A stretch of 64,000 nucleotides of DNA from Longimicrobiales bacterium (lineage in GTDB: Bacteria > Gemmatimonadota > Gemmatimonadetes > Longimicrobiales > Gaopeijiaceae), in contig CBDCNQ010000002.1 of assembly GCA_965219445.1 (NCBI GenBank), forward strand, positions 480,001-544,000, read 5' to 3'. Position numbers and translations under genes: made by a program. The notes beneath the pieces were generated by a model. It was not told the origin of the DNA, ran no database searches, and saw only the letters and a list, made by a program, of their open reading frames with translations. Positions within the stretch are counted from its first letter, which is position 1. Each line of letters starts with the position of its first letter. Of this stretch, positions 1-10,081 are shown in pieces.

Positions 1-116
1 TCCCCGACGAGGATGATCTCGAAGTCCGATTCAGGGTTTGTCAAAGCGCTTACGGCGCCGGCTACCTCAGCCCCGGGGGCCGCATCGGTCCCCATGGCGT
101 CCAGAGCAATGCGCAC
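1..116 (-). CDS. plsX: Phosphate acyltransferase PlsX, N-terminal part (runs off window)
   Basis: Manual translation from GTG at 116 gives MRIALDAMGTDAAPGAEVAGAVSAL...IILVG, the PlsX start motif. It follows rpmF as usual and is not in the ORF track. Confidence 0.9.
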   Translation of the reverse strand, partial: MRIALDAMGTDAAPGAEVAGAVSALTNPESDFEIILVG

Positions 117-140
117 CTCAATCGGTCCCGTTTCTCGAGG

Positions 141-323
141 TCAGTCCAAGTCCGGGTCTAGCACCTGCTCTCCACCGTAGTACCCACAGCTTGGGCACAC
201 CCGATGGGGGATCTTGGGATCACCACACCGAGAGCAAGTATTCGTGACCACGGGCTCAGCCTTGTAATGAGTGCGCCGCTTACGCCTGCGTTGCTTAGAA
301 ATTCTCTTCTTTGGCACAGCCAT
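141..323 (-). CDS. rpmF: 50S ribosomal protein L32 (4-Cys zinc-ribbon form)
   Basis: MAVPKKRISK...CSRCG...HRVCPSCGYY. Confidence 0.97.
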   Translation of the reverse strand: MAVPKKRISKQRRRKRRTHYKAEPVVTNTCSRCGDPKIPHRVCPSCGYYGGEQVLDPDLD

Positions 324-332
324 CGGCCTAAC

Positions 333-842
333 TCACTTGTTCTCGAGTGCGCGGAGGACACCCCACCGTGGGTCGGTGCCTCCCGGCAGACAGTTGCATT
401 CGGACTCGTTCAGATTCTCACCACATCCAGCGCATAGACCACGACAATCGACCCGGCACTCCATAAAGGAGGGTATCGCGAGGACCACCTCGTCACGAAC
501 GTACGGTCCCAGGTCGATCTCTCGGACGCCCATCTCGAGGCGGTACGTCTCGCTATCGTCGTCCTCCAACAAATCCGACGGCGCGAAAAGAAGCGTGATA
601 TCGAGATCGACTTGCTTCTCGACGCGATCGAGGCACCGGCGGCAATCCTGCAACACTGTACCCACCACGCCACCCCGCACCACCAACTCACCCGAGCCCG
701 CCCATGAGGCGTTCAACACGACGTTGAGAGGCTCTTGGTGCACGAACTCGAAACCCTCGAAGAGGGCGTCGCTGGCCTCAATCCACCCTTCGACTCGCAA
801 CGTCTTACGTCGCTCCAAGTCACCCAAATCGACCTTGAGCAT
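333..842 (-). CDS. yceD: DUF177/YceD family protein
   Basis: CRRCL, CRGLCAGCGENLN..C.C and DPRW motifs; sits upstream of rpmF. Confidence 0.9.
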   Translation of the reverse strand: MLKVDLGDLERRKTLRVEGWIEASDALFEGFEFVHQEPLNVVLNASWAGSGELVVRGGVVGTVLQDCRRCLDRVEKQVDLDITLLFAPSDLLEDDDSETYRLEMGVREIDLGPYVRDEVVLAIPSFMECRVDCRGLCAGCGENLNESECNCLPGGTDPRWGVLRALENK

Positions 843-850
843 AGTCGGAA

Positions 851-879
851 AAGCTATCCCAAGCCCGAGGGCGAGTCAA
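851..879 (-). promoter_or_regulatory. Putative sigma70 promoter for yceD-rpmF-plsX (nearly leaderless)
   Basis: Minus strand TTGACT (879-874), 17-nt spacer, TAGCTT (856-851), 8 nt before the ATG at 842. Confidence 0.45.
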
Positions 880-895
880 CGCGGTGGTGGGCCTG

Positions 896-1315
896 TCAAG
901 CGCCCAACCTTTGATGCTCGGAGAAGAAAAAAGCGATCTCGGACGCAGCGTTTTCGTCCGAGTCGGAGGCATGGATCGCGTTGCGCTCCTTCGACTCCGC
1001 AAAGAGCTTACGAACCGTTCCTTCATCGGCCTCGGCCGGATCGGTCGCACCGATCGTCCTACGAAGCTCAGCGACCGCATCTTCGGCCTCCAAGACCATC
1101 GGGATCACTGGGCCCGACGTCATGAAGCTCACCAGAGAGTCGAAGAACGGGCGCTCCTTGTGAACGGCGTAGAACGCCTCCGCCTGGACCGTGTTCATAC
1201 GGGTCATCTGCACGGCCCTGACCGTAAAGCCGGCAGCTTCGAGATGGGCTAGAATACTTCCTGCTTTACCGGCCTCCATCGCATCCGGCTTTATGATCCC
1301 GAGCGTAAGGCTCAT
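896..1315 (-). CDS. ndk: Nucleoside diphosphate kinase
   Basis: IIKPDA, FYAVHKERPFF, NAIHASDS (catalytic His). Confidence 0.97.
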   Translation of the reverse strand: MSLTLGIIKPDAMEAGKAGSILAHLEAAGFTVRAVQMTRMNTVQAEAFYAVHKERPFFDSLVSFMTSGPVIPMVLEAEDAVAELRRTIGATDPAEADEGTVRKLFAESKERNAIHASDSDENAASEIAFFFSEHQRLGA

Positions 1316-2275
1316 CTATGTTTGTTCCTCTTTCTTGAACGAACCGTCCGGGAAGAGCCAGCGAAGCACCTCCCTACGGGTGAGTAGGCCGACCATCTCT
1401 CCATCCCGGATTACCGGGAGCTGTTCGACATCCCGATTCACCATGATCGACGCCGCCTCGATGAGGCTCTGTTCTTCCGAAATGCACATCACCGTGCGCG
1501 TCATGATTTCCCTCGCCGTCAGCTCCGTCCGGGCCGTCGCAGCACTCCCACCGACGCTCTCCACCCGGGCCTGAGAGACGAGCTCCTCCATCGCGTCCCC
1601 GCTCGTGATTACGCCGAGGAACTCGTAATCCTCACCCACCACGGGAACCGCCTGGAGGTCCCTCCGGACCATGAGATCGGCCACCTCTGAGTAGGGCGTA
1701 TCCGGGTATACGCGATACTGGACGGGCTCGACCACGTCCTCCACCAGAAGACTCCGATGGGGATCGAGTTCCATAAACACCGATACCCTCGCAACGCCGT
1801 CAGCCGATCGGGCGTTCAAAAGCGCCGTCACCTTCTCTTCCTCCCGGAAAAACCGCCTTAGTGTGGGGAGCGTCCGATCCCTCAGAGACACTAGATGCCG
1901 AGGGGTCACCAGTATGAAGACCATCTCGGAATCGGTTTCAGATCCGCGACCACCGTTGGCGTCCACCTCGTCGGGATCCACGCCCGAAGAGGCATCAGCC
2001 CGAGTCCTCTCCGCCATAAACCCCGTGGGCGAAACGCCGATGACCGCACGGACTTCCTCGACGGCATCGGACTCCGAGAGAGCCACGACGACACGCTCGT
2101 GGACACGATGGATCTCTCCGGATGCGCCGCCAACGAGATCTGAGGCGAGCTTCTTGGCCACCGCGTCCGAGACCCCCGGTATGGCTCGGAGCGCACTCGT
2201 GAGTGCCCCCGGGAGATCCGGTGCATCGAGCGGAACCAGAATCGCCCCGCGCCGGAGCATTTCAGCGATTTTCAT
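1316..2275 (-). CDS. CBS-pair protein with a degenerate PTS-EIIA-like N-terminal domain
   Basis: Two C-terminal CBS repeats (VPVVGE..FLGVIT..D; LPVIRDGEMVGLLTRREV). ATG 2275 preferred over the TTG start. The N-terminal assignment is tentative. Confidence 0.7.
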   Translation of the reverse strand: MKIAEMLRRGAILVPLDAPDLPGALTSALRAIPGVSDAVAKKLASDLVGGASGEIHRVHERVVVALSESDAVEEVRAVIGVSPTGFMAERTRADASSGVDPDEVDANGGRGSETDSEMVFILVTPRHLVSLRDRTLPTLRRFFREEEKVTALLNARSADGVARVSVFMELDPHRSLLVEDVVEPVQYRVYPDTPYSEVADLMVRRDLQAVPVVGEDYEFLGVITSGDAMEELVSQARVESVGGSAATARTELTAREIMTRTVMCISEEQSLIEAASIMVNRDVEQLPVIRDGEMVGLLTRREVLRWLFPDGSFKKEEQT

Positions 2276-2302
2276 CCGTCCTCCGTCGAGGAGCAAGGCG
2301 GG

Positions 2303-3190
2303 TTACGCACGAACAGCACCTTGGATCAGGCCGACGATATCAGCAGGACGTTGGGCCACCACGATACCGTTGTCCTCGAACGCTTTTATCTTCTCTTCTG
2401 CAGTCCCCGAGGAGCCACTGATAATCGCACCGGCATGCCCCATTCGGCGACCCGGAGGGGCGGTCTGGCCGGCAATGAATCCTACGACCGGGATCTCGAG
2501 GTTCTCGCTCACCCACCGGGCCGCCTCCTGTTCATCGGTACCCCCGATCTCCCCAATCATGACGATCGCCTCGGTGTCGGCGTCACCGGCGAAAGCCTCG
2601 AGCGCATCGACGAAGTTGGTTCCGATGAGCGCATCACCGCCGATCCCCACACAAGTCGTCTGTCCGATCCCCGAGTTGGTCAAGTGGATCACAGCCTCAT
2701 ACGTGAGTGTTCCCGAGCGAGAAATCACGCCCACAGGTCCGGGCGTAACGATGTTTCCCGGAATAATCCCCACCTTCGCCTTTCCTGGAGAGATGACGCC
2801 TGGGCAGTTCGGCCCCACGACCTGCGCGCCGTGGTCCCGCGCGAAGGCGTGCGCCCGAGCCATGTCCTGCACCGGGATCCCCTCGGTGATGGCCACGATC
2901 AACGAGACTCCGGCGTCTGTGGCTTCTTCGATCGCACTCGCAGCGAAGGCTGGCGGCACGTACACCGCCGAGGTGTTGGCGCCGGTCTCGGATACCGCTT
3001 CATCCATGGAGTTGAAGATCGGTACGCTCGCGCCCTCAGGACCCTCGAAGGTCTGCCCGCCCTTCCCCGGTGTGACACCGGCCACCACTGCGGTCCCGTA
3101 TTCCATCATCTGAAGCGTGTGGAAAGACCCGTCTCGTCCCGTAATTCCTTGGACAACCAGCTTCGTATTTTCGTCGACTAGAATCGCCAT
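2303..3190 (-). CDS. sucD: Succinyl-CoA synthetase alpha subunit
   Basis: [27 protein letters not shown]. Confidence 0.97.
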   Translation of the reverse strand: MAILVDENTKLVVQGITGRDGSFHTLQMMEYGTAVVAGVTPGKGGQTFEGPEGASVPIFNSMDEAVSETGANTSAVYVPPAFAASAIEEATDAGVSLIVAITEGIPVQDMARAHAFARDHGAQVVGPNCPGVISPGKAKVGIIPGNIVTPGPVGVISRSGTLTYEAVIHLTNSGIGQTTCVGIGGDALIGTNFVDALEAFAGDADTEAIVMIGEIGGTDEQEAARWVSENLEIPVVGFIAGQTAPPGRRMGHAGAIISGSSGTAEEKIKAFEDNGIVVAQRPADIVGLIQGAVRA

Positions 3191-3207
3191 CTATCGTATG
3201 GGCTCCA

Positions 3208-4344
3208 TCATCCCGCATTCACCATCTCAACGGCTCGCTCGACCACTTCATCCATTGACGAAGACACCGAGAAGCCGGCTTCGGCAAGAATGTCCAACCC
3301 TTCCTTTTCATTGGTTCCCGTAAGGCGAATCACGATCGGGCACTCGATATCGATGCGAGTCGTCGCCTCGACGATGCCCCGTGCCACATCGTCGCAGCGG
3401 GTGATCCCCCCAAAGATGTTGAACAGGATGACCTTCACATTCGAATCCGAGATGATGATCTCCAGCGCGGCGACGACCTTTTCAGGACTCGACGAGCCTC
3501 CAATATCGAGAAAATTAGCGGGCTCTCCGCCGTAATATTTCACGAGGTCCATGGTGGCCATGGCCAACCCCGCTCCGTTGACACAGCAACCGACGTTCCC
3601 GTCCAGCTTGACGTAGCTGAGAGCGGCTTCCCGGGCCTTGGTCTCGGCAGCCGGTTCCGCCGACAGATCCCGGTATTCGACGAGCTCTGGATGCCTGAAG
3701 AGCTCACTGTCGTCGATACTCATCTTGGCATCGATCGCCTTGACCTCGCCCGAACTCGTCGTAATGAGAGGATTGATCTCGATCATCGACGCCCCGCTCG
3801 ACGTGAACGCACTGTAGAGCTGGCGGATGATCTTGGCCGCCTGCTTCACCAAGCTCGGTTCCCCGTAGAGCGAGTTCGCCAGCCAGTACGCCTGATGGCC
3901 CATCAAGCCATAGCGGGGGTCGACCGTGAGCTTCCGGATGGTATCCGGACTGGTGTGCGCAACTTCCTCGATGTCGATCCCGCCCTCGGCCGACACCATG
4001 AACGTGGCGGCCCGAGCCTTTCGGTCGATGAGGACGCCCACATAGGCCTCCGTATCGATGTCTTCCGCTGGGGTGATGAGAACTCTCTCGACCGTGAGAT
4101 CCGAGATGGTCATGCCCAGAATTTTCTCGGCATGCTCACGAGCCTCGGCCGTCGTCTTGGCCAGCTTCACGCCACCCGCCTTCCCTCGTCCACCGGAGTG
4201 GACTTGAGCCTTCACGACCACCGTCCCTCCATACTGCTCGGCGAGGGCCACAGCCTCTTCGGGCGTGGTGGCGACCTCTCCAGGGGGCACCGGGATCCCG
4301 TTGGCACGTAGCACTTCTTTGGCCTGATACTCGTGGATGTTCAT
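3208..4344 (-). CDS. sucC: Succinyl-CoA synthetase beta subunit
   Basis: MNIHEYQAK, KAQVHSGGRGKAGGV, NGAGLAMATMD, NIFGGI. Confidence 0.97.
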   Translation of the reverse strand: MNIHEYQAKEVLRANGIPVPPGEVATTPEEAVALAEQYGGTVVVKAQVHSGGRGKAGGVKLAKTTAEAREHAEKILGMTISDLTVERVLITPAEDIDTEAYVGVLIDRKARAATFMVSAEGGIDIEEVAHTSPDTIRKLTVDPRYGLMGHQAYWLANSLYGEPSLVKQAAKIIRQLYSAFTSSGASMIEINPLITTSSGEVKAIDAKMSIDDSELFRHPELVEYRDLSAEPAAETKAREAALSYVKLDGNVGCCVNGAGLAMATMDLVKYYGGEPANFLDIGGSSSPEKVVAALEIIISDSNVKVILFNIFGGITRCDDVARGIVEATTRIDIECPIVIRLTGTNEKEGLDILAEAGFSVSSSMDEVVERAVEMVNAG

Positions 4345-4388
4345 GCGAACCTAAGAGTGGATGCTGTGGATGCTAAGGGCTGTGGACG

Positions 4389-7145
4389 CTAAGGAATGTC
4401 CGCACCCGAAGAAAGCCGCTCGAGCAGGGCGCGGAGTTCGGAGAGCGCCTCGCCAAATCCCTGAAAATCTCCGGTTCGTAGTGCCGCATCCGCCACCTCG
4501 AGCAGGGCCAAGGCCTCAGCCGGCCACTGGTCGGTGTCCAGGGAGGGAACGTCCAGCGCCTCTTCGGCGGATGTGAACTGGGGGACAGCCGCGTCGGCGG
4601 TCCGAGCCAACGCCTGGATCGCTTCTCGAAGTGTTTCCTCCATCTCGACCCGGTACCCATCGCTCACGACGAAGCGCCTCAGTTCAGGAATGGCGTCCTC
4701 TTCGGCCGCCAAGAACACGGGCTCCATGTAGAGAAGCGTTCGGCCTACCGGTACCAGATGCAGGTGTCCGGTCCACACCTGGCTTCCTCCGGTCCTCCAC
4801 AGCGAGAACTGTTGCGAGATCCGCGGATCCTGCTCGATCAGGGCCTCGACCTGACGGGGGCCCGGCACCTGATCCTCGACGGGCACATCGAACAGAACGA
4901 GGTCGCCGTACCGGTCGCGATCGCTCGAGGCGGCCAGGATGGCGGTCAGATTCTGCCGCCCACGTGGCACGAACACGGAGGTGAGCAGAAAATCTCTCTT
5001 CTCCTCTCCTGGGAGCCGATACAGCCCATATTCCGGTTGATAGGGCACGGGGGTTGTACCCTGAGCCAATTCCTGTGGCAATGTCCAAACGTCCTGCTGG
5101 CCATGGAAGAGTGGCGCCGTCTCCTGGTGGTACTGAAAGAGGACCCGAGCTTGGAGGCTCAGCATGGTCACAGGGTACCGAACGTGGTCGCGTAACCCCT
5201 CCGGCATTTCACTCAAGGGCCGGAATAGTGTAGGAAAGCCCCGGGCGTAGGCCTGGAGCAGCAGATCCTCTTCATCGATCACGTAGAAAATCACCTCGCC
5301 GGTGACCCCGTCGACGGTGATTTTCACACTGTTCCGAGCGTACCGGACGGGCCTCCCCGCCTCCAGGTCGTGCCGGGTCGACAGAGGGAACGAGCTCGTC
5401 CCCGTGAACCCCTCTAATATCCAGACGATCCGCCCCTCGTGGACAACGGGATAGGGGGCCTCGGGGAATCTGAGGAGTTGTCCGGAAATTCGTCCCACGC
5501 GCTCCAAAACATCCCTTCGGAAGACGAAGCGGCTGTCCCGGTCCACCTCGGCAGCGAAGAGCAGGTTCGCATCCCTGAAGCGCCAAGCAAGCGCGAGGGT
5601 CCTCAGAGGCGAGTCCAGCTGAATTCCGGCCGGAAAATCGATCCCCGGCTGTCGCGTGCCCCCTTCCCCGCCTGTGGGATCTCCGGGATTGACAATCGCA
5701 TAGACCTGGCGACGCGCTCCGACGTAGACGTTCGGACGAGTCAACCTGAGGCCCTCTGGTGCAACGTCGCTCGCCGCAAATTCCGGGGGAATCCCAGACA
5801 CGAACATCGTAGGACGCCCCTCGGGTGTACGGGCCGTTGCGGCGCTGACAACCGCCCCCATCCCTCGGATGTAGTCGTCCCGGAGATGCAGGTTCTGCCA
5901 GTTCGGATCTTGGATCCCCCTCGGGAGAACCTCCCGTACGGCCAGCGCTACCGGGACCATTCCATCCGCTCCCTGATAGCGATCCACCGTCACACCCGAA
6001 AAGTCATAATACGGGAAGCGAGCCTCCAATTCTCTATATGTCGTCAGAAGGGCCTGCGCACTCCAGACCGGAAGACCCTCGAACTGGGAGGTCGCCGCTT
6101 GCCAGTCCACGCTGGACGACTGCTCGTAGTCGAACTCACGCCGCTCGAGGTCCGTCAGGTCGAAGCCCATCCGTGTGAACCGCATGTTCTCCAGTATGTA
6201 GGGAGATTCCCGCTCCAATTCATTGGGCTCTACCCGAAAGCGCTGGATGAACGACGGATACGCCTGTCCAACGGCCAGCCCACCCACCAACAGGACTCCG
6301 GAGCTCACGATGAGCGGCAGTGGGCGATTCTTGAAGCCGCTCCACAGCGCAGCGGCGGACACCGCAAGAGCGAGCACCGCGAGGACACTGTACGCGGGCA
6401 TGCGCGCCTCGGCGTCGGCAAATCCGAAGATGCCTTGTACGCCAGAGGTTCCGTTGAGCATGAGGACGTAACGCGCGAGCCAGAACTGCGCCCCCAGCAT
6501 GACGGAAAACGCAGCGATGATCACCCCTAGGTGCACCCGGGGTCGACTCCTGATGACGAACCGTGACGGTCCCCATTGGAGCGCCCCTGTAGCCGCGTAT
6601 CCTGCCGCCGCAAGCGTAAAGACGAGGAAAGTAACGACGAGACCGAAGATCACCAGCGATCTCAAAAGGGGCAGCACAATGACGAAGAACGTCAAATCCC
6701 GTCCCAGGAAGGGATCCGTAACACCCCATTCCGGCGCGTTGAGTAGATATAGAACGTTGAGACCCATGGATGGAGGGATTGAGGCCCCAAACCAGGCCCC
6801 GACCAACGCGGAAAGCACGGCGACACTCCAAACCACAACCGTCTCGGAGAGTTGCTCCGAGATTACGAGGTCGCCCAGCCGGCGCTTGATCCGGATTCCA
6901 CCGAGCGCGCGGGCGATGAACCGCAGGTTGAAGAAGAACACCAGGCCCACCATCAGTGCTCCGAGCAGACGCACACCCCACTCCCAGAAGACCCGAGTCC
7001 AGAAGACCGACGAGTATCCGAGGGAATCGAACCAGAGGATTTCGATATAGGCGTTGGCGGCGATCCGCCCTGCCAACAAGACCATCAGCAAAGCGATCCC
7101 CAAAGCGAGCAAGAGACGTCTGCCCCTCAGTTCCCGGATCTTCAC
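4389..7145 (-). CDS. UPF0182 family membrane protein
   Basis: LWFDSLGYSSVFWT, DPFLGRDLTFF, VEPNELERESPYI, YARNSVK, GPRQVEA motifs; 918 aa. Confidence 0.9.
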   Translation of the reverse strand: MKIRELRGRRLLLALGIALLMVLLAGRIAANAYIEILWFDSLGYSSVFWTRVFWEWGVRLLGALMVGLVFFFNLRFIARALGGIRIKRRLGDLVISEQLSETVVVWSVAVLSALVGAWFGASIPPSMGLNVLYLLNAPEWGVTDPFLGRDLTFFVIVLPLLRSLVIFGLVVTFLVFTLAAAGYAATGALQWGPSRFVIRSRPRVHLGVIIAAFSVMLGAQFWLARYVLMLNGTSGVQGIFGFADAEARMPAYSVLAVLALAVSAAALWSGFKNRPLPLIVSSGVLLVGGLAVGQAYPSFIQRFRVEPNELERESPYILENMRFTRMGFDLTDLERREFDYEQSSSVDWQAATSQFEGLPVWSAQALLTTYRELEARFPYYDFSGVTVDRYQGADGMVPVALAVREVLPRGIQDPNWQNLHLRDDYIRGMGAVVSAATARTPEGRPTMFVSGIPPEFAASDVAPEGLRLTRPNVYVGARRQVYAIVNPGDPTGGEGGTRQPGIDFPAGIQLDSPLRTLALAWRFRDANLLFAAEVDRDSRFVFRRDVLERVGRISGQLLRFPEAPYPVVHEGRIVWILEGFTGTSSFPLSTRHDLEAGRPVRYARNSVKITVDGVTGEVIFYVIDEEDLLLQAYARGFPTLFRPLSEMPEGLRDHVRYPVTMLSLQARVLFQYHQETAPLFHGQQDVWTLPQELAQGTTPVPYQPEYGLYRLPGEEKRDFLLTSVFVPRGRQNLTAILAASSDRDRYGDLVLFDVPVEDQVPGPRQVEALIEQDPRISQQFSLWRTGGSQVWTGHLHLVPVGRTLLYMEPVFLAAEEDAIPELRRFVVSDGYRVEMEETLREAIQALARTADAAVPQFTSAEEALDVPSLDTDQWPAEALALLEVADAALRTGDFQGFGEALSELRALLERLSSGADIP

Positions 7146-7146
7146 G

Positions 7147-8514
7147 TTATACAGCCACCCCTTTCGTCAGCAGCCAGGACTCGATCTCGCTGCGAATCGC
7201 GCTCAGTTGCTTTTCTGTTTCCGCCTCATAACGCGCCACGATAATGGGCTGCGTATTGGACGCCCGGAGGAGACCCCATCCGCCGTCGAACCGAACTCGC
7301 GCACCATCGACGTCGATCACGTCCCGAGTCTCCCTGAAGTGTTCCAGTGCCGCCTCCACGATCGCGAACTTGGTCTCCTCGGTCACGTCGATGCGCAGCT
7401 CCGGCGTGGACACGTACACCGGAAAATCAGAAACCATCTCTGAGAGTGTACGCCCGGACCGTGCGATCAGGTCCACGAGCCGGCACGCCGCATAGGGTGC
7501 ATCATCGAACCCGAGGTAGTTGTCGGCCATGAAAATATGTCCAGAAAGTTCGCCCCCGAGGGCCGCGTCCGTTTCCCTCATTTTCTCCTTGATCAGGGAG
7601 TGCCCGGTCTTCCACATGATCGCTTCCCCACCAGACCTCGTAAATTCGTCCGATACGACCTGGGAGCATTTTACGTCGAAGATGAGCCGTTGTCCCGGTC
7701 CCCGTGTGCGAAGGACGTCGAGTCCGAACAGCAACAGCAGGAGGTCTCCACGGACGATCTGGCCGTGCTCGTCCACGGCCCCGATACGATCTGCGTCTCC
7801 ATCGAACCCGATGCCTAACTCGGCGCCCTCGCGGCGTACGGCGTCGATCAAGTCCACGAGGTACTCGTCTACCGTGGGATCTGGATGGTGATTAGGGAAC
7901 GTCCCGTCGGACTCACAATACAGGGGAACGACCTCCGCGCCCAGCGCTTCGAGTAACTCGACCCCCACCAGGGATCCGACACCGTTTCCACAATCCAACA
8001 CGACCTTCACCGGCCGCGAAAGATCGAAACGTCCGGCCACATCCGCCACGTAGCGATCCAGGACGTCGACACGTTCGGAGCCTCCCGCACCCTCTCCAAA
8101 TTTCTCCTCGACGATGGCGTGCTTGATCGCTTGAATGCGCTCGCCATATACCGGCATCCCCTGGAGCGTCATCTTGATGCCGTTCCATTCGGACGCGTTA
8201 TGGGAGCCCGTAATCTGAACGCCACCATCCGTGGGAAGGGTCTTCTCGGCCCAGTAGAGGGTGGGCGTCGGAACGGTCCCGATATCGATCACGTCGGCGC
8301 CAGAGCCGTTGAGCCCCCGGATCAAGCCCTCGGCCAGTGCAGCAGATGAGGGGCGGTTGTCCTGCCCGACAGCGATAAGAGGAGGCCGACCGAGGCGTTG
8401 AGAGGCCAGTGTCGCGTAGGCCCGCCCAACCCCCTCGGAGACCTCGGGGATCAGCTCGTCGGCGACAAGACCGCGAATATCGTACTCACGAAAAATATGT
8501 TCAGGTGCCGACAT
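7147..8514 (-). CDS. Phosphomannomutase/phosphoglucomutase
   Basis: IFREYDIRG, ITGSHN, FDGDADR, GELSGH, RASNTQP; start taken at ATG 8514. Confidence 0.93.
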   Translation of the reverse strand: MSAPEHIFREYDIRGLVADELIPEVSEGVGRAYATLASQRLGRPPLIAVGQDNRPSSAALAEGLIRGLNGSGADVIDIGTVPTPTLYWAEKTLPTDGGVQITGSHNASEWNGIKMTLQGMPVYGERIQAIKHAIVEEKFGEGAGGSERVDVLDRYVADVAGRFDLSRPVKVVLDCGNGVGSLVGVELLEALGAEVVPLYCESDGTFPNHHPDPTVDEYLVDLIDAVRREGAELGIGFDGDADRIGAVDEHGQIVRGDLLLLLFGLDVLRTRGPGQRLIFDVKCSQVVSDEFTRSGGEAIMWKTGHSLIKEKMRETDAALGGELSGHIFMADNYLGFDDAPYAACRLVDLIARSGRTLSEMVSDFPVYVSTPELRIDVTEETKFAIVEAALEHFRETRDVIDVDGARVRFDGGWGLLRASNTQPIIVARYEAETEKQLSAIRSEIESWLLTKGVAV

Positions 8515-8566
8515 ACAACCGTCGCTGGTTGAGGTGCGAGTCTGTTCGGCTAGAAGCCTGTTCAAG

Positions 8567-10075
8567 TCACGGAGCCACACCGATAAACTCCGGGCCCGCC
8601 GCTGAGAGCCCACTGACGCTCGACCGCGCCAGATCCATGGTGGCTCCCGGAAAAACGCCGAGATAGACGATCAAGATCACTCCGGTAATCAACGCCAGGC
8701 GCATGGCAACCGGAATGTAGATCGGCCCGCCGGCGGTATCGGGAGGCGCATCCCTCATCCACATGAACCACGCCACACGCAGGTAATACCAGTACGAGGC
8801 CACGGTCGTGAGCACGAGGACGACCGAGAGGAAGACCAGGTTTGCCTCCATCGCGCCCTGAAGGAGAAACACCTTTCCGATGAAGCCTCCCGTTCCGGGA
8901 AAACCGGCCAGCGAAAGCAGGAAGACCGTGAAGAGGACCCCGAGTAACGGGTACCTCCAACCGAGTCCGGCGTATTCCTGGATCTCGAGACGGTCTTCCC
9001 CCTGGCCCGACACCAGAATGACGATGCCGAACGCACCGATGTTCATCAGCGTGTAGATCAACAGGTAGAACAGAAGTCCGGCGGCCGCCGTCTCATTCGC
9101 AGCGACGATCGCCACCATGAGGTAGCCCGCGTGCGCGATCCCCGAGTAAGCGAGCATTCGCTTTACGCTCACCTGAACCATGGCGACGAGATTGGCGACC
9201 ACCATCGTGAGTACTGCGAGCCACCACAGAATCGCCCACCAACTCTCATAGGCATTCGCGAAGGCCACTGAAAAGACACGAAGGAACGCCAAGAACGCGC
9301 CCGCCTTGACGGCCACGGACATGAAGGCCGTAACTGGAGTCGGAGCCCCCTCATAGACATCGGGCGTCCACATATGGAACGGAACCGCGGAGACCTTGAA
9401 CGAGAATCCGACCGCGAGAAGCGCGATGCCGAAGACGAGGAGAGCGCCGTGCGCCGCTCCGCTCACGATGGACTCGGTGATCGCGGAGATATGCGTGCTA
9501 CCGGTCGCGCCGTATACGAGTGCTATCCCGTAGAGGAAGAACCCGGTGGAAAACGCGCCCAGCAAGAAATACTTGAGGCCGGCCTCAGCCGATGTGCGAT
9601 CTCTCCGGTTGATGGCGGCCAGCACGTACACGGCCACCGACATGATCTCCAATCCGAGGAAAATGACAATGAGGTCGCGTGCCGCGGCCATGATCATCAA
9701 TCCCATAGTCGAATAGATCAGCAACGCGTAAAACTCCGCTTCCTGAAGGCCCTGCCGCTGAACGTAGCTCTTGCTGATCAGGACCCCGAGTCCGGCGCCT
9801 GCGAGAATGATCCAATTTGAGAACAACGAGAAGCCGTCCAGGGCGATCATCGACTGCGTGCCCACTTCGGTGACTCCGTAAAGCCAACCGTTCGCGAACG
9901 CGGCGAGGACGATCCCCAGCACGGAAAGCCATCCCAGGTCGGCCGACGCCCCGGAAGCGTCGGAGCGGCGCGGACTCACGCCGAGCAGGAGAATTACGAT
10001 CCCCCACACCGACAGAATGATCTCAGGTGCGAGCGCTACGACGAAATGCGCCTGATGACTGAAATCGAGTACCAT
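8567..10075 (-). CDS. nuoN: NADH-quinone oxidoreductase subunit N
   Basis: EAGLKYF, FKVSAVPFHMWTPDVYEGAP, KRMLAYS; last gene of the nuo cluster. Confidence 0.95.
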   Translation of the reverse strand: MVLDFSHQAHFVVALAPEIILSVWGIVILLLGVSPRRSDASGASADLGWLSVLGIVLAAFANGWLYGVTEVGTQSMIALDGFSLFSNWIILAGAGLGVLISKSYVQRQGLQEAEFYALLIYSTMGLMIMAAARDLIVIFLGLEIMSVAVYVLAAINRRDRTSAEAGLKYFLLGAFSTGFFLYGIALVYGATGSTHISAITESIVSGAAHGALLVFGIALLAVGFSFKVSAVPFHMWTPDVYEGAPTPVTAFMSVAVKAGAFLAFLRVFSVAFANAYESWWAILWWLAVLTMVVANLVAMVQVSVKRMLAYSGIAHAGYLMVAIVAANETAAAGLLFYLLIYTLMNIGAFGIVILVSGQGEDRLEIQEYAGLGWRYPLLGVLFTVFLLSLAGFPGTGGFIGKVFLLQGAMEANLVFLSVVLVLTTVASYWYYLRVAWFMWMRDAPPDTAGGPIYIPVAMRLALITGVILIVYLGVFPGATMDLARSSVSGLSAAGPEFIGVAP

Positions 10076-10081
10076 GGCCGC

